Below, piece after piece: positions 1 to 9,085 of a DNA stretch of 64,000 bases. The stretch is from Mycobacteriales bacterium. Lineage in GTDB: Bacteria > Actinomycetota > Actinomycetes > Mycobacteriales > CAJCIY01. The translations under genes were made by a program, and so were the position numbers. Within the stretch, counting starts at the first letter, position 1; every line of letters starts with the position of its first letter. Location of the stretch: contig DASVGV010000081.1 in assembly GCA_036379355.1 (NCBI GenBank), forward strand, positions 6,923 to 70,922, given 5' to 3'. Under the pieces are notes generated by a model, which worked only from the letters and a program-made list of their open reading frames with translations, searched no databases and had not been told where the DNA came from.

Positions 1-715
1 CCTGGTGGTGGAGGCTCGAGGCAAGGCTGATCCGGCGGACGCCGTGAGCGGCGAGGTCGCTGATCGACAGTCCGCCGGGCCGGGCCATCGCGTTCACCGG
101 TCCCGGGATGTCGGCGACGGCGGCGTCGACCTGGTCGAGCCGGGACATGGCGATGGGGTAGACGCAGTCTGCGCCGGCCTCCAGGTAGAGACGGCCGCGC
201 CGAGCCACCTCGTCACGGGTCTCCTGCTCGTCGCCGATCGCACGGATGAAGGCGTCGACGCGGGCGTTGACGACCACGTGCACGCCCGCGGAGGCGGCGG
301 CCGCACGGACGGCGTTCAGGTACGCAGCCTGCCGGTCGGCGTCGACGAGGCCTCCGCTCCCGTGATGGTCGCTGTCCTCGAGGTTGCACCCGACCGCGCC
401 GGCGGCGAGCAGCCGGTCGACGAGTTCATCGGGCGCGAGGCCGAATCCAGCCTCCAGGTCGGCGGTGACCGGACTGGAGACCGCACGGCAGATGCGTGCC
501 AGCCAGTCGAACACCAGGTCCGGGTCGGTCGAGTCGTCGTCGGCGACACCGAGCACGGCTGCAACCGCACGGCTGGAGGTCGCAACGAACCCGAACCCGG
601 CGGCCTCGACCGCCGCGGCTGACGCGGCGTCCCACACGTTGGCCAGCAGCAGCGGGGGGCCGGCGTGGTGCGCCGCGAGGAGTGACCGCGCGGCGGCCGC
701 GAGATCCGTGCTCAC
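1..715 (-). CDS. isocitrate lyase/PEP mutase family protein (2-methylisocitrate lyase-like); 3' end lies outside the window
   Basis: My own minus-strand translation from GTG at 715 gives 'VSTDLAAAARSLLAAHHAGPPLLLANVWDAASAAAVEAAGFGFVATSS...VTADLEAGFG...GCNLEDS...GADCVYP'. The frame stays open to position 1, so it is absent from the ORF track. The + ORF 5..622 is its antisense shadow. Confidence 0.7.
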   Translation of the reverse strand, partial: MSTDLAAAARSLLAAHHAGPPLLLANVWDAASAAAVEAAGFGFVATSSRAVAAVLGVADDDSTDPDLVFDWLARICRAVSSPVTADLEAGFGLAPDELVDRLLAAGAVGCNLEDSDHHGSGGLVDADRQAAYLNAVRAAAASAGVHVVVNARVDAFIRAIGDEQETRDEVARRGRLYLEAGADCVYPIAMSRLDQVDAAVADIPGPVNAMARPGGLSISDLAAHGVRRISLASSLHHQ

Positions 716-810
716 CGGGCGTCGTGCCTCATGCCGCGAGCGTACGACCCGGTCCTATCCTCGATGCGGCGTCCCTGGCCGAACCGGCCGTTGCCTCAGG
801 AGGTCCGACG

Positions 811-1191
811 ATGGCCGTGCATCTGGACCACACGATCGTGCACAGCCGGGACAAGCACGCGTCCGCCGCATTCCTGGCGCGCATCCTCGGCCTCGCCCCG
901 CCCGTGACGGTCGGGCATTTCGTCGCCGTCGAGACAGGCAACGGCGTGTCCCTCGACTACGACGACGCGAGCGACGTACGGCCGCAGCACTATGCGTTCC
1001 TCGTCGACGAGGACGAGTTCGACGCGATCTTCGACCGCGTGAAGGCCGACGACGTCGCCTACTTCGCCGACTCGGGCCACCGGCGGCGCGGCGAGATCAA
1101 CACCAGGGACGGCGGGCGCGGCTTCTACTTCTGCGACCCGGACGGGCACAACCTGGAGGTGCTCACCCGGTCGTACGACTCCGCAGCCTGA
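811..1191 (+). CDS. VOC (glyoxalase/bleomycin-resistance/dioxygenase) family protein
   Basis: This is the 3' part of ORF 496..1191. An ATG at 811 is preceded by AGGAGG (799-804). The 'MAVHLDHTIVHSRDK...HYAFLVDEDEFD...FYFCDPDGHNLEV' pattern is typical of small VOC proteins. The upstream part of the ORF is Arg/Pro-rich junk. Confidence 0.8.
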   Translation: MAVHLDHTIVHSRDKHASAAFLARILGLAPPVTVGHFVAVETGNGVSLDYDDASDVRPQHYAFLVDEDEFDAIFDRVKADDVAYFADSGHRRRGEINTRDGGRGFYFCDPDGHNLEVLTRSYDSAA

Positions 1192-1195
1192 CCGG

Positions 1196-2572
1196 TCACG
1201 ACCCGATCCACACGGTCTTGAGGTTGCAGAACTCGCGGATGCCGTGCGCCGACAGCTCCCGGCCGTACCCGGAGGCCTTGACGCCCCCGAACGGCAGCTC
1301 CGGGTACGACGTGGTGTTGCCGTTGACGAACACCATGCCCGCGTCCAGGTCGCGGACGAAACGGTCGCGCTCGGCCGGATCGTTCGTCCAGGCGTTGGCA
1401 CCGAGGCCGAAGTCCGTGGCGTTCGCGACCTCGATTGCCGCGTCGATGTCGTCGACCTCGAGCACGATGGCGACCGGTCCGAACGCCTCCTCCCGGTAGA
1501 TCCGCATCTCCTCGGTGACGTCGGTCAGCACGGTCGGCGGATAGAACCAGCCGGGACCGTCCAGCCGCTTACCCCCGCACCGCACGGTGGCGCCGCGCTC
1601 GACCGCGTCGGCGACGAGCTCCTCGATGTCGTCGCGGCCGGCCTCGGACGAGAGCGGGCCCACGTCGGTGTCCGCGTCCATCGGATCGCCGACGCGCGCC
1701 GCGGACATGCGGGCGACGAACCGGTCGGTGAAGTCCTTCGCGACGTCGCGGTGGACGATGAACCGCTTAGCGTTGATGCAGGACTGGCCGTTGTTGAGCA
1801 GCCGGGCGTCGACACCCACCTGCGCGGCTGCGTCGAGGTCGGCGGACGGCATGACGACGAACGGGTCACTTCCTCCGAGCTCGAGCACCGTGCGCTTGAC
1901 CACCTCGCCGGCGATGGACGCGACCGACGACCCGGCCGGACCGCTGCCGGTCAGCGTGGCCGCGACGACCCGGTCGTCACGGAGCACCCGCTCGACCTTG
2001 CTGGAGGAGATGAGCAGCGTCTGGAAGGCACCGGCCGGGAAGCCTGCCGACTCGAACAGCTCCTGCATGAACAGCGCGGTCTGCGGCACGTTCGAGGCGT
2101 GCTTGAGCAGACCGACGTTGCCGGCCATCAGCGCCGGGGCAGCGAAGCGCATGGCCTGCCAGAGCGGGAAGTTCCAGGGCATGACGGCCAGCACCGGCCC
2201 GAGCGGCTGCCAGGTGGCATACGCCTTCGTGGCGCCGACGGCGTCCGCGTCTGCCGGCTCGTCGGCGAGGTAGGCCGGCGCGTGCTCGGCGTAGAAGCGG
2301 CAGCAGGTCGCACATTTGCCGACCTCGGCCTTGGCGGCAGCCAGCGTCTTGCCCATCTCGCTGGTCATCATCCGGGCGACCTCGTCGGCGCGGTCGTCCA
2401 GGATGTCCGCGGCCGCGCGCAGCCAGGCCGCGCGCTCGTCGAAGGAGGTGCGTCGGTACGCGGTGAAGGTCCGCGCCGCGCTCGCCAGTTTCTCGTCGAG
2501 ATCGGCGTCGGTCAGCTCGGAGAACTCGCGCAGGGTCGCGCCGGTTGTGGGATTGACTGAGGTGATGGCCAT
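1196..2572 (-). CDS. NAD(P)-dependent aldehyde dehydrogenase, succinate-semialdehyde dehydrogenase-like
   Basis: 458-aa ORF with ALDH motifs 'LELGGSDP' (catalytic Glu) and 'NNGQSCINAKRF' (catalytic Cys), plus 'PFGGVKASGYGRE' near the C-terminus. Confidence 0.9.
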   Translation of the reverse strand: MAITSVNPTTGATLREFSELTDADLDEKLASAARTFTAYRRTSFDERAAWLRAAADILDDRADEVARMMTSEMGKTLAAAKAEVGKCATCCRFYAEHAPAYLADEPADADAVGATKAYATWQPLGPVLAVMPWNFPLWQAMRFAAPALMAGNVGLLKHASNVPQTALFMQELFESAGFPAGAFQTLLISSSKVERVLRDDRVVAATLTGSGPAGSSVASIAGEVVKRTVLELGGSDPFVVMPSADLDAAAQVGVDARLLNNGQSCINAKRFIVHRDVAKDFTDRFVARMSAARVGDPMDADTDVGPLSSEAGRDDIEELVADAVERGATVRCGGKRLDGPGWFYPPTVLTDVTEEMRIYREEAFGPVAIVLEVDDIDAAIEVANATDFGLGANAWTNDPAERDRFVRDLDAGMVFVNGNTTSYPELPFGGVKASGYGRELSAHGIREFCNLKTVWIGS

Positions 2573-2581
2573 GTCTGGCCC

Positions 2582-4066
2582 TTACCCCCTTTGCGTCACC
2601 AGGTGTCGCGAGGAGCGCCCGTCTTTGGAGTGCTTGTTCGTGTACATCCTCTCGTCCGCCCGTGCGAGGAGGCGGGCGGCCGGCTCGTGACGGTCCCAGA
2701 CCGCGAGCCCGATCGAGACGCCGACGTCTTCCGGGGTGGTGGCCTCGAGTCGCTCGACGACGTGGCGAGCCACCTCGTCGTCGGCGGCCTCGAGGATGAT
2801 CGCGAACTCGTCGCCGCCCAGGCGGCCGAGCGTGTCGACGTCGCGAATCGCCTGGCTCCACGCGGCACTGACGCGTTCGAGCAGATCGTCGCCTGCGGCG
2901 TGGCCCAGCGTGTCGTTGACGGTCTTGAACCCGTCGAGGTCCAGCAGGAGCACGCTGAGCGGGCTGCGATGACGAATGCTGCGGGCCAGCGCGTCGTCGA
3001 GCTTCTCGTGCCACCCGCGCCGGTTGGGCAGCCCCGTCAGGTCGTCGGTGGTCGCCTGGCGCGACAGCTGGCCGACGAGCTCGGCGCGGGTCAGCGCGGC
3101 CGCCCCCGCGTGCGCGAACACGTCCAGCAGCTGCACCTCGTACCCCTGGAACCCGCGGGGGACGGTCGACCACACCGCCAGGACGGCGCGGACCGCGCCG
3201 CCGTCGCGAAGCGGCACCATGATCAGCGTCCGAGCGCCAATCAGGCGGCAGGCGTCCCGGGCGACGCGGCTGTCGCTCTCGCTGTCCTCGCACAGGAGCG
3301 TCTCCCCGCCGCGAAAGCAGGCCCCGGCGAGGCTGCGGAGGGCTTGGTAGCGCGCGCCCACCAGGTCCGGGGAGGCGGTGCCCGCCACGGCTCGGCACAC
3401 GATGTCGTCCCCGTCCAGCACCTGGACGCAGGCGGCGTCGGACTCGGCCACGGTCAGGGCGCAGGCCGCGATCAGCCCGGGCACGTTCCCGGCGTCTGCG
3501 TTGCTCGTCGACAGAGCCGTCTGGGCGCGGACCAGACGGTCGAGGCCGGCCGACCGGCGGACCGCGGACGTACGGGCGGCGCGCTCCCGGGCGACCACTC
3601 GCAGGATGACCCAGCCGACCACGGCGGCGACGATCGTCCAGAGCAGGGCCGCGCGCCAGCTGGTCGCGGGATACAGCGGCTTGCCGACCAGCAGGACCGG
3701 CGTGGCGAACACCAGCCCGGTGGCGACGGTGACGGCGGCCACGGCCCGGCGGCTGCCCACCAGGGCGACCCACACGACCGGCAGGACGACCAGCGGCCCG
3801 TATCCGGACGCGTTCCCGCCCTGGGCCTGGCGCAGGAGGGCGATGACGCCGTCGACGGCGATCGGCAGCAGCGGCAACGGTGCGACCAGGAGGCGCTCAC
3901 GCGGTGCGACCGCCGCGGCGCAGCTCACGACGGCCGCGATCACCCCGGCGACGATCACCAGGGCCCAGTCGGTGTCGGACAGGCGCAGGCCGGTCGCGAG
4001 CAGCGCGAGCGCGCTGATGCCGACGAACGGCGCGACGGCGCCTACCCGCGTTCGCGAGGGGCTCAC
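2582..4066 (-). CDS. membrane-anchored GAF-GGDEF diguanylate cyclase
   Basis: 494 aa. The N-terminal ~170 aa contain several hydrophobic helices, followed by a central GAF-like region. The C-terminus has an intact 'RLGGDEFAIIL' active site, with an RxxD I-site ('RDVD') five residues upstream. Confidence 0.88.
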   Translation of the reverse strand: MSPSRTRVGAVAPFVGISALALLATGLRLSDTDWALVIVAGVIAAVVSCAAAVAPRERLLVAPLPLLPIAVDGVIALLRQAQGGNASGYGPLVVLPVVWVALVGSRRAVAAVTVATGLVFATPVLLVGKPLYPATSWRAALLWTIVAAVVGWVILRVVARERAARTSAVRRSAGLDRLVRAQTALSTSNADAGNVPGLIAACALTVAESDAACVQVLDGDDIVCRAVAGTASPDLVGARYQALRSLAGACFRGGETLLCEDSESDSRVARDACRLIGARTLIMVPLRDGGAVRAVLAVWSTVPRGFQGYEVQLLDVFAHAGAAALTRAELVGQLSRQATTDDLTGLPNRRGWHEKLDDALARSIRHRSPLSVLLLDLDGFKTVNDTLGHAAGDDLLERVSAAWSQAIRDVDTLGRLGGDEFAIILEAADDEVARHVVERLEATTPEDVGVSIGLAVWDRHEPAARLLARADERMYTNKHSKDGRSSRHLVTQRG

Positions 4067-4112
4067 CGGTGGATCTTCGGCGCAAATCGGACGCAGGTTG
4101 AGCGCGGCACGC

Positions 4113-6026
4113 TCAGACCGGCGCTCCCCACCGCCGGGCCGGTCCCGACGCCGACCGCAAGTGGTACGGCACGCTGATCACGATCACCCCCGGCTCGAAC
4201 AGCAGCCGGCCCTTGAGGCGCATGGCGCTCTGGTTGTGCAGGATCTGCTCCCACCAGTGACCGACGACGTACTCGGGCAGGAACACCGTGACGACGTCGC
4301 GCGGGCTCGCGCGATGCAGGTCGCGCAGGTACGTCACCGCCGGTCTGGTGATCTCCCGGTACGGGGAGTCCAGGACGCGCAGCGGGACGTCGACGCCGCG
4401 GCTGTGCCAGTCCCGGACGAGCCGGTCGGTGTCGGCGTGGTCGATGTCGACGGTGAGCGCTTCGAGGGTGAACGGCCGGGTGGACTGCGCGAAGGCAAGG
4501 GCGGCCAGCGTCGGCTGGTGGAGCGTCGAGACGAGGACGACCGCGTGGTTGCGGGCCGGGAGGATCGGGGTCGCCGACTCCGGTACGGCCAGCTCCTGGG
4601 TCACCGCGTCGTAGTGATGGCGGATGCGGCGCATCGTCACGAACAGGGTGACCATCGCCAGCAGCGCCAGCCAGGCGCCGTGCTCCACCTTCGTCGCCAC
4701 GACGATCACCAGCACGACGGCGGTGGCGGCGGCCCCCAGCAGGTTGACCGCCTGCGCGCGGCGAATCCGGCCCCGCCCGGAGGACGGGGTGGCGGCAAGG
4801 AGCCGGCCCCAGTGCCTGACCATGCCGTACTGGCTGAGGGTGAAGGAGGTGAAGACGCCGATGATGTACAGCTGGATCAGCCGGTCGATGTTGGCGTCGA
4901 AGCCGACGATCAGGGCGATCGCAACCCCGGCCAGCAGCAGGATGCCGTTGCTGAACACGAGCCGGTCGCCGCGGTTGTGCAGCTGCCGCGGCAGGTAGCG
5001 GTTCTCCGCGAGAATGCTGGCCAGCGTCGGAAAGCCGGAGAACGCGGTGTTGGCGGCCAGGATCAGGATCGCGGCGGTGGCCGCCTGGAACAGCACGTAG
5101 AGCGCCGAGCTGCGGCCCCAGACCGCGGCGGCGAGCTGGCTGATGACGGACGGCGACCCGGACGGGTACGCGCGCGCGTGGGTCTCGACGGCGAGCACGG
5201 TGATTCCCACGAACATCGTGACGGCCAGCGTCCCCATCGCGACGAGGGTGCGCGCCGCGTTGCGGCTCTTCGGCGGCCGGAACCCCGGCACCCCGTTGCT
5301 GATCGCCTCCACTCCCGTCAGGGCGGTGCAGCCGGACGAGAACGCCCGCAGCGCCAGGAAGACCGTGGCAAGTCCGCCGACCCCGACGCTGCGGTGCAGC
5401 GGTTCGTGCGCGCCTGCGGCCTGCGGCAGATGCCCGAACCACGCGTGGCCGAGCGCGCATGCGAAGAGCAGGAACACGCCCAGGATGAAGGCGTAGGTCG
5501 GGACCGCGAAGGCCCGGCCGCTCTCGCGCACGCCGCGCAGGTTGGCCAGGGCGATGCCGGCGACTGCTGCCACCGACAGCAGCACCGCGTGCCGCGTCAG
5601 CGACGGCGCCGCGGACGTGATCGCCGCGACGCCGGCGACCACGGACACCGCGACGGTCATCACGTAGTCGACCAGAAGCGCCGATGCGGCGGTCAGGGCG
5701 GCCGCCGGGCCGAGGTTGTCGAGACTGACGACGAAGGCCCCGCCTCCCGACGGGTACGCGTAGCAGGTCTGCCGGTACGACGCGACGACGACGACCAGGA
5801 GCAGCGCGACGGCGGCGGCGACCGGCTTGGACATCGAGAGGTACGCGACCCCACCCAGGCCGCTGACGAGCAGGATCTCCTCGGTCGCGTACGCCACCGA
5901 GGAGATCGGGTCGGAGCAGAAGATCGGCAGTGCGAGCCACTTGGGCAGCAGCGTCTCGCCCAGCTGGTTGCTCCGCAGCGGGCGTCCGACCACCGCCCGC
6001 TTGACCGCATCGACGGCGATCGCCAT
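4113..6026 (-). CDS. APC-superfamily permease with a long soluble C-terminal domain
   Basis: 637 aa. The N-terminal motif is 'LALPIFCSDPISSVAYATEEILLV', followed by about 12 hydrophobic segments and then a ~200-aa non-membrane tail. ATG at 6026. Confidence 0.85.
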   Translation of the reverse strand: MAIAVDAVKRAVVGRPLRSNQLGETLLPKWLALPIFCSDPISSVAYATEEILLVSGLGGVAYLSMSKPVAAAVALLLVVVVASYRQTCYAYPSGGGAFVVSLDNLGPAAALTAASALLVDYVMTVAVSVVAGVAAITSAAPSLTRHAVLLSVAAVAGIALANLRGVRESGRAFAVPTYAFILGVFLLFACALGHAWFGHLPQAAGAHEPLHRSVGVGGLATVFLALRAFSSGCTALTGVEAISNGVPGFRPPKSRNAARTLVAMGTLAVTMFVGITVLAVETHARAYPSGSPSVISQLAAAVWGRSSALYVLFQAATAAILILAANTAFSGFPTLASILAENRYLPRQLHNRGDRLVFSNGILLLAGVAIALIVGFDANIDRLIQLYIIGVFTSFTLSQYGMVRHWGRLLAATPSSGRGRIRRAQAVNLLGAAATAVVLVIVVATKVEHGAWLALLAMVTLFVTMRRIRHHYDAVTQELAVPESATPILPARNHAVVLVSTLHQPTLAALAFAQSTRPFTLEALTVDIDHADTDRLVRDWHSRGVDVPLRVLDSPYREITRPAVTYLRDLHRASPRDVVTVFLPEYVVGHWWEQILHNQSAMRLKGRLLFEPGVIVISVPYHLRSASGPARRWGAPV

Positions 6027-6118
6027 CAGCCCTCACTTGCCGTGATCCTCGGGGCAGAGTTCCTGTCCCGTAACGGCTTCGACGCTAGGCAGTGCGGAAG
6101 CACGGTGGCGCGCTGGAG

Positions 6119-6148
6119 GCCGTCAAGATCTGCCGCCGCGCCGTCAAG
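6119..6148. repeat. perfect 9-bp direct repeat GCCGTCAAG (6119-6127 and 6140-6148), 21-bp period, in a divergent promoter region
   Basis: Read directly in the 174-nt intergenic region between the permease start (6026, -) and the kinase start (6201, +). It is a candidate OmpR/KdpE-type regulator site. Confidence 0.3.
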
Positions 6149-6200
6149 GTTTCGTCAGTGCCTCTGGTCGTGGCCCACCACGTGCACGTTCCCTGGACGG

Positions 6201-7985
6201 GTGGCTCTCGCTCGCCTGCGCGTCTCGCTGCCGATCGCGCCCGTGGCCGCCGGGTACGTGCTGCCCGCAGGCGCGGCGACCCTCCTCGTCCTCGGCGCGG
6301 TCGCCGCACAGACGCACCCGAGCGGCGCGGTGGTCCTCGCGGTCGCCGCCGTGGTCGTCGGCGGGTGCGCTGTGGCGGGAACCGCCTCCGGTGCGGCGGT
6401 TGCGGCGGTGATCGGCTGGCTGACCGTGAGCGGGTTCTCGCGCGCCCCGTACGCAGAGTTGCAGCCGCGCGGCCCGACGGTGGTCTTCGTGCTCGCCGCC
6501 GCGGCGGTCGCCGGCTCTGCCACGGGCTACGGCCTGCGCGCGGTCGCCGCGTCGGCCGTGCGCGGGAGCACACTGAGCGGCATGCCCCTGCCGGGTCGCG
6601 TCGGCGCGTCGCTCGGCCGCGCCCGCCAGCTGACCGGCCTCCTGCTCGCCGCGGTGGCTCTTCCCGCCCTCACGGCAGGTCTGGTCGCCGCGCGGACCTC
6701 GCTGCGCCTGGTCGACGACCTGCTGCTGTACCTCCTGGTCGTCGTGATCGTCACCCTCGTCGGCGGCTTCTGGCCGGCCGTGCTGGCGGCGGTCGCAGCG
6801 GGACTGCTGCTCAACTGGTTCTTCGTCCTGCCGCTGCACACGTTCGCCGTCGACCAGTGGCAGAACCTGCTGGCGTTGCTGCTGTTCGTGGCGGTCGCCG
6901 TTGCGGTGAGCAGCGCCGTGCACCTTGCCGCTCGCCGGCAGGAGCAGGCGCACGCCTCGGGGCGCGAGACCGAGACGCTCCTCGACCTCGCGCAGACGGT
7001 GCTCGCGGGTGCCGACACCCCGGCGCAGGTCCTTGCGCATCTGCGTCAGACCCTCGGTCTGCCGGGCGACCTGTCCGAGCGGTCCGGGGACCGGTGGGCG
7101 ACGGTGGCGACCGCCGGTGACGTGGACCTCGCCGACGTGACGACCGTGGGCATTCGCGACGGGTTGTTGCTGCGCGTCTCCGGTGCAGGTCCCCACCACG
7201 AGCGGCTGCTCGCCGCCTTCGCCGCGCAGGCCGCGGCAGCGCTCGACCGCGATCGGCTGCGGGCGCAGGCCGCGCAGGCGGAGGCGCTCGCCGCCGGCAA
7301 CCGGATGCGCACCGCCCTGCTCTCGGCGGTGAGCCACGACCTGCGGACCCCGCTGGCGTCGGTGAAGGCGGCCGTCAGCAGCCTGCGCCAGGACGACATC
7401 TCGTGGTCGCCGGCCGACGAGCGGGAGCTGCTGGCGACGATCGAGGAGTCCGCCGACCGCCTCGACGCGCTGGTCGGCAACCTGCTGGACATGAGCCGCC
7501 TGCAGACCGGCGCGCTGCATCCGTACCTGCGGCCGACCTCGCTGGAGGAGGTAGTTCCGCTGGCGCTCGCCGGCCTGGACGGAGCCGGTCGGGTCCTGCT
7601 CGAGCTGCCGGACGACCTGCCGCTGGTCCTCACCGACCCCGGCCTGCTCGACCGCGTGCTCGGCAACCTGCTGGCCAACGCGCTGCGGTTCTCCCCGGCG
7701 GACCGGCCCCCGGAGGTCGGCGCGAACGTCGGCGACGACCGCGTCGTGCTCACGGTCACCGACCACGGCCCCGGCGTCGCACCCTCCGCCCGTGAGCGGA
7801 TCTTCGAGCCGTTCCAGCGCCTGGGCGACGCAGGAGCCGGAGTCGGGCTGGGACTGGCTGTCGCCAAAGGTTTCTGCGACGCCATGGGCGTGCCGATCGA
7901 GGTGGACGAGACAGCGGGCGGCGGGCTGACGGTCGCTCTGTCGCTCCGGGTCGCCCCCGCTGCCGTGCCGGCCGGTGCCGCGTGA
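6201..7985 (+). CDS. KdpD-like sensor histidine kinase lacking the N-terminal KdpD/Usp sensor module (TM/DUF4118-like + HisKA + HATPase_c)
   Basis: This is the 3' portion of ORF 3378..7985. KdpD-type membrane motif 'LLLYLLVVVIVTLVGGFWPAVLAAVAAGLLLNWFFVLPLHTF', H-box 'SAVSHDLRTPLASV', N-box 'LLANALRF' and G-box 'GLGLAVAKG'. I took the start as GTG 6201; 6243 is an alternative. Confidence 0.82.
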   Translation: MALARLRVSLPIAPVAAGYVLPAGAATLLVLGAVAAQTHPSGAVVLAVAAVVVGGCAVAGTASGAAVAAVIGWLTVSGFSRAPYAELQPRGPTVVFVLAAAAVAGSATGYGLRAVAASAVRGSTLSGMPLPGRVGASLGRARQLTGLLLAAVALPALTAGLVAARTSLRLVDDLLLYLLVVVIVTLVGGFWPAVLAAVAAGLLLNWFFVLPLHTFAVDQWQNLLALLLFVAVAVAVSSAVHLAARRQEQAHASGRETETLLDLAQTVLAGADTPAQVLAHLRQTLGLPGDLSERSGDRWATVATAGDVDLADVTTVGIRDGLLLRVSGAGPHHERLLAAFAAQAAAALDRDRLRAQAAQAEALAAGNRMRTALLSAVSHDLRTPLASVKAAVSSLRQDDISWSPADERELLATIEESADRLDALVGNLLDMSRLQTGALHPYLRPTSLEEVVPLALAGLDGAGRVLLELPDDLPLVLTDPGLLDRVLGNLLANALRFSPADRPPEVGANVGDDRVVLTVTDHGPGVAPSARERIFEPFQRLGDAGAGVGLGLAVAKGFCDAMGVPIEVDETAGGGLTVALSLRVAPAAVPAGAA

Positions 7986-8656
7986 CGTCCGTGCTCGTGG
8001 TCGACGACGAGCCGGCGATCGTGCGGGCGCTGCGGATCAACCTGTCGGCGCGCGGGTACGAGGTGCACACCGCCGTGGACGGAGCGTCCGGACTCGCCGC
8101 GACCGCCAAGCACCGGCCGGACGTGGTGATCCTCGATCTCGGCTTGCCGGACCTGGACGGGACCGACGTCATCGCCGGCATCCGCGGCTGGAACAGCGCA
8201 CCCATCCTGGTGCTGTCCGCGCGCGGCCACGAGGAGGCCAAGGTGGCCGCGCTCGACGCCGGCGCCGACGACTACGTCACCAAGCCGTTCGGCATGGACG
8301 AGCTGCTGGCCCGGCTCCGCGCCGCCGTCCGCCGGGCAGCACCTGCCGAGGACGAGCCCACGGTGACTGTCGCCGACTTCAGCGTCGACCTCGCTGCCAA
8401 GCGGGTCGTGCGCGACGGCGTACCCGTGCGGCTCACGCCCACCGAGTGGCAGCTGCTCGAGGTCCTCGTCCGGCAGCCGGGCCGGCTCGTGACGGGACGG
8501 CAGCTGCTGCAGGAGGTCTGGGGGTCGGCGTACGGGTCCGAGACGCACTACCTGCGCGTCTACGTCGCCCAGTTGCGGCGCAAGCTCGAACCGGACCCGG
8601 CGAAGCCCCGCTACCTGCTCACCGAACCCGGGATGGGCTACCGATTCCAGCCCTGA
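7982..8656 (+). CDS. OmpR-family response regulator, KdpE-like
   Basis: 224 aa. Receiver 'VLVVDDEP...DVVILDLGLPDLDG...SARG..KV.ALDAGADDYVTKPF' plus a winged-helix C-terminus 'THYLRVYVAQLRRKLE...GMGYRF'. GTGA overlap with the kinase stop. Confidence 0.92.
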   Translation: MTSVLVVDDEPAIVRALRINLSARGYEVHTAVDGASGLAATAKHRPDVVILDLGLPDLDGTDVIAGIRGWNSAPILVLSARGHEEAKVAALDAGADDYVTKPFGMDELLARLRAAVRRAAPAEDEPTVTVADFSVDLAAKRVVRDGVPVRLTPTEWQLLEVLVRQPGRLVTGRQLLQEVWGSAYGSETHYLRVYVAQLRRKLEPDPAKPRYLLTEPGMGYRFQP

Positions 8657-9085
8657 CTAGCCTGTCACGGGGGTCAGCCCGGCGCCGGAAATGCCTGCCA
8701 CGGCAGCGATCTCGTCGTTGTCGGAGGTGTCGCCGGAGACGCCGACCGAGCCGACCGTATGCCCCGTGCCGTCCTGCACGAGCACTCCGCCGGGTACGGG
8801 GATCAGCGCCCCGCCGACGGCAGCCGTTGCCGCCGCGATGAACGCCGGCTGCTGCTCGGCGCGCGCCATCAGCGCGCGCGAGCCCATCCCCAGCGCGAGC
8901 GCGCCGTGGGCCTTTCCGTACGCGATCTCGAAGCGCTGGTTCGACGACCCGTCCTCGCGCTCGAACGCCGTGACGTGCCCGCCGGCGTCGAGGACGACCA
9001 CCGAGAGCGGCGCGAAGCCGTGGTCCCGGCCGGCCGCGCGCGCCGCGGCCACGATCGTCCGGGCGGTTTCCAGGGTGAGGGTCAT
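8657..9085 (-). CDS. glcG: GlcG/HbpS-like (DUF336) putative heme-binding protein
   Basis: 142 aa with '[15 protein letters not shown]...[13 protein letters not shown]...[14 protein letters not shown]', typical of the GlcG family. It is the last gene of the glcD-glcB string and has a 4-nt overlap with glcB. Confidence 0.8.
   Translation of the reverse strand: MTLTLETARTIVAAARAAGRDHGFAPLSVVVLDAGGHVTAFEREDGSSNQRFEIAYGKAHGALALGMGSRALMARAEQQPAFIAAATAAVGGALIPVPGGVLVQDGTGHTVGSVGVSGDTSDNDEIAAVAGISGAGLTPVTG

Noticed and set aside
3378-7985. 1535-aa + strand ORF, the longest in this part of the track.
   Set aside because: Only the last ~595 codons (from 6201) look like a protein, the KdpD-like kinase. 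The upstream part is Arg/Gly/Asp-rich low-complexity sequence antisense to the well-supported cyclase and permease genes, which is typical high-GC frame persistence.
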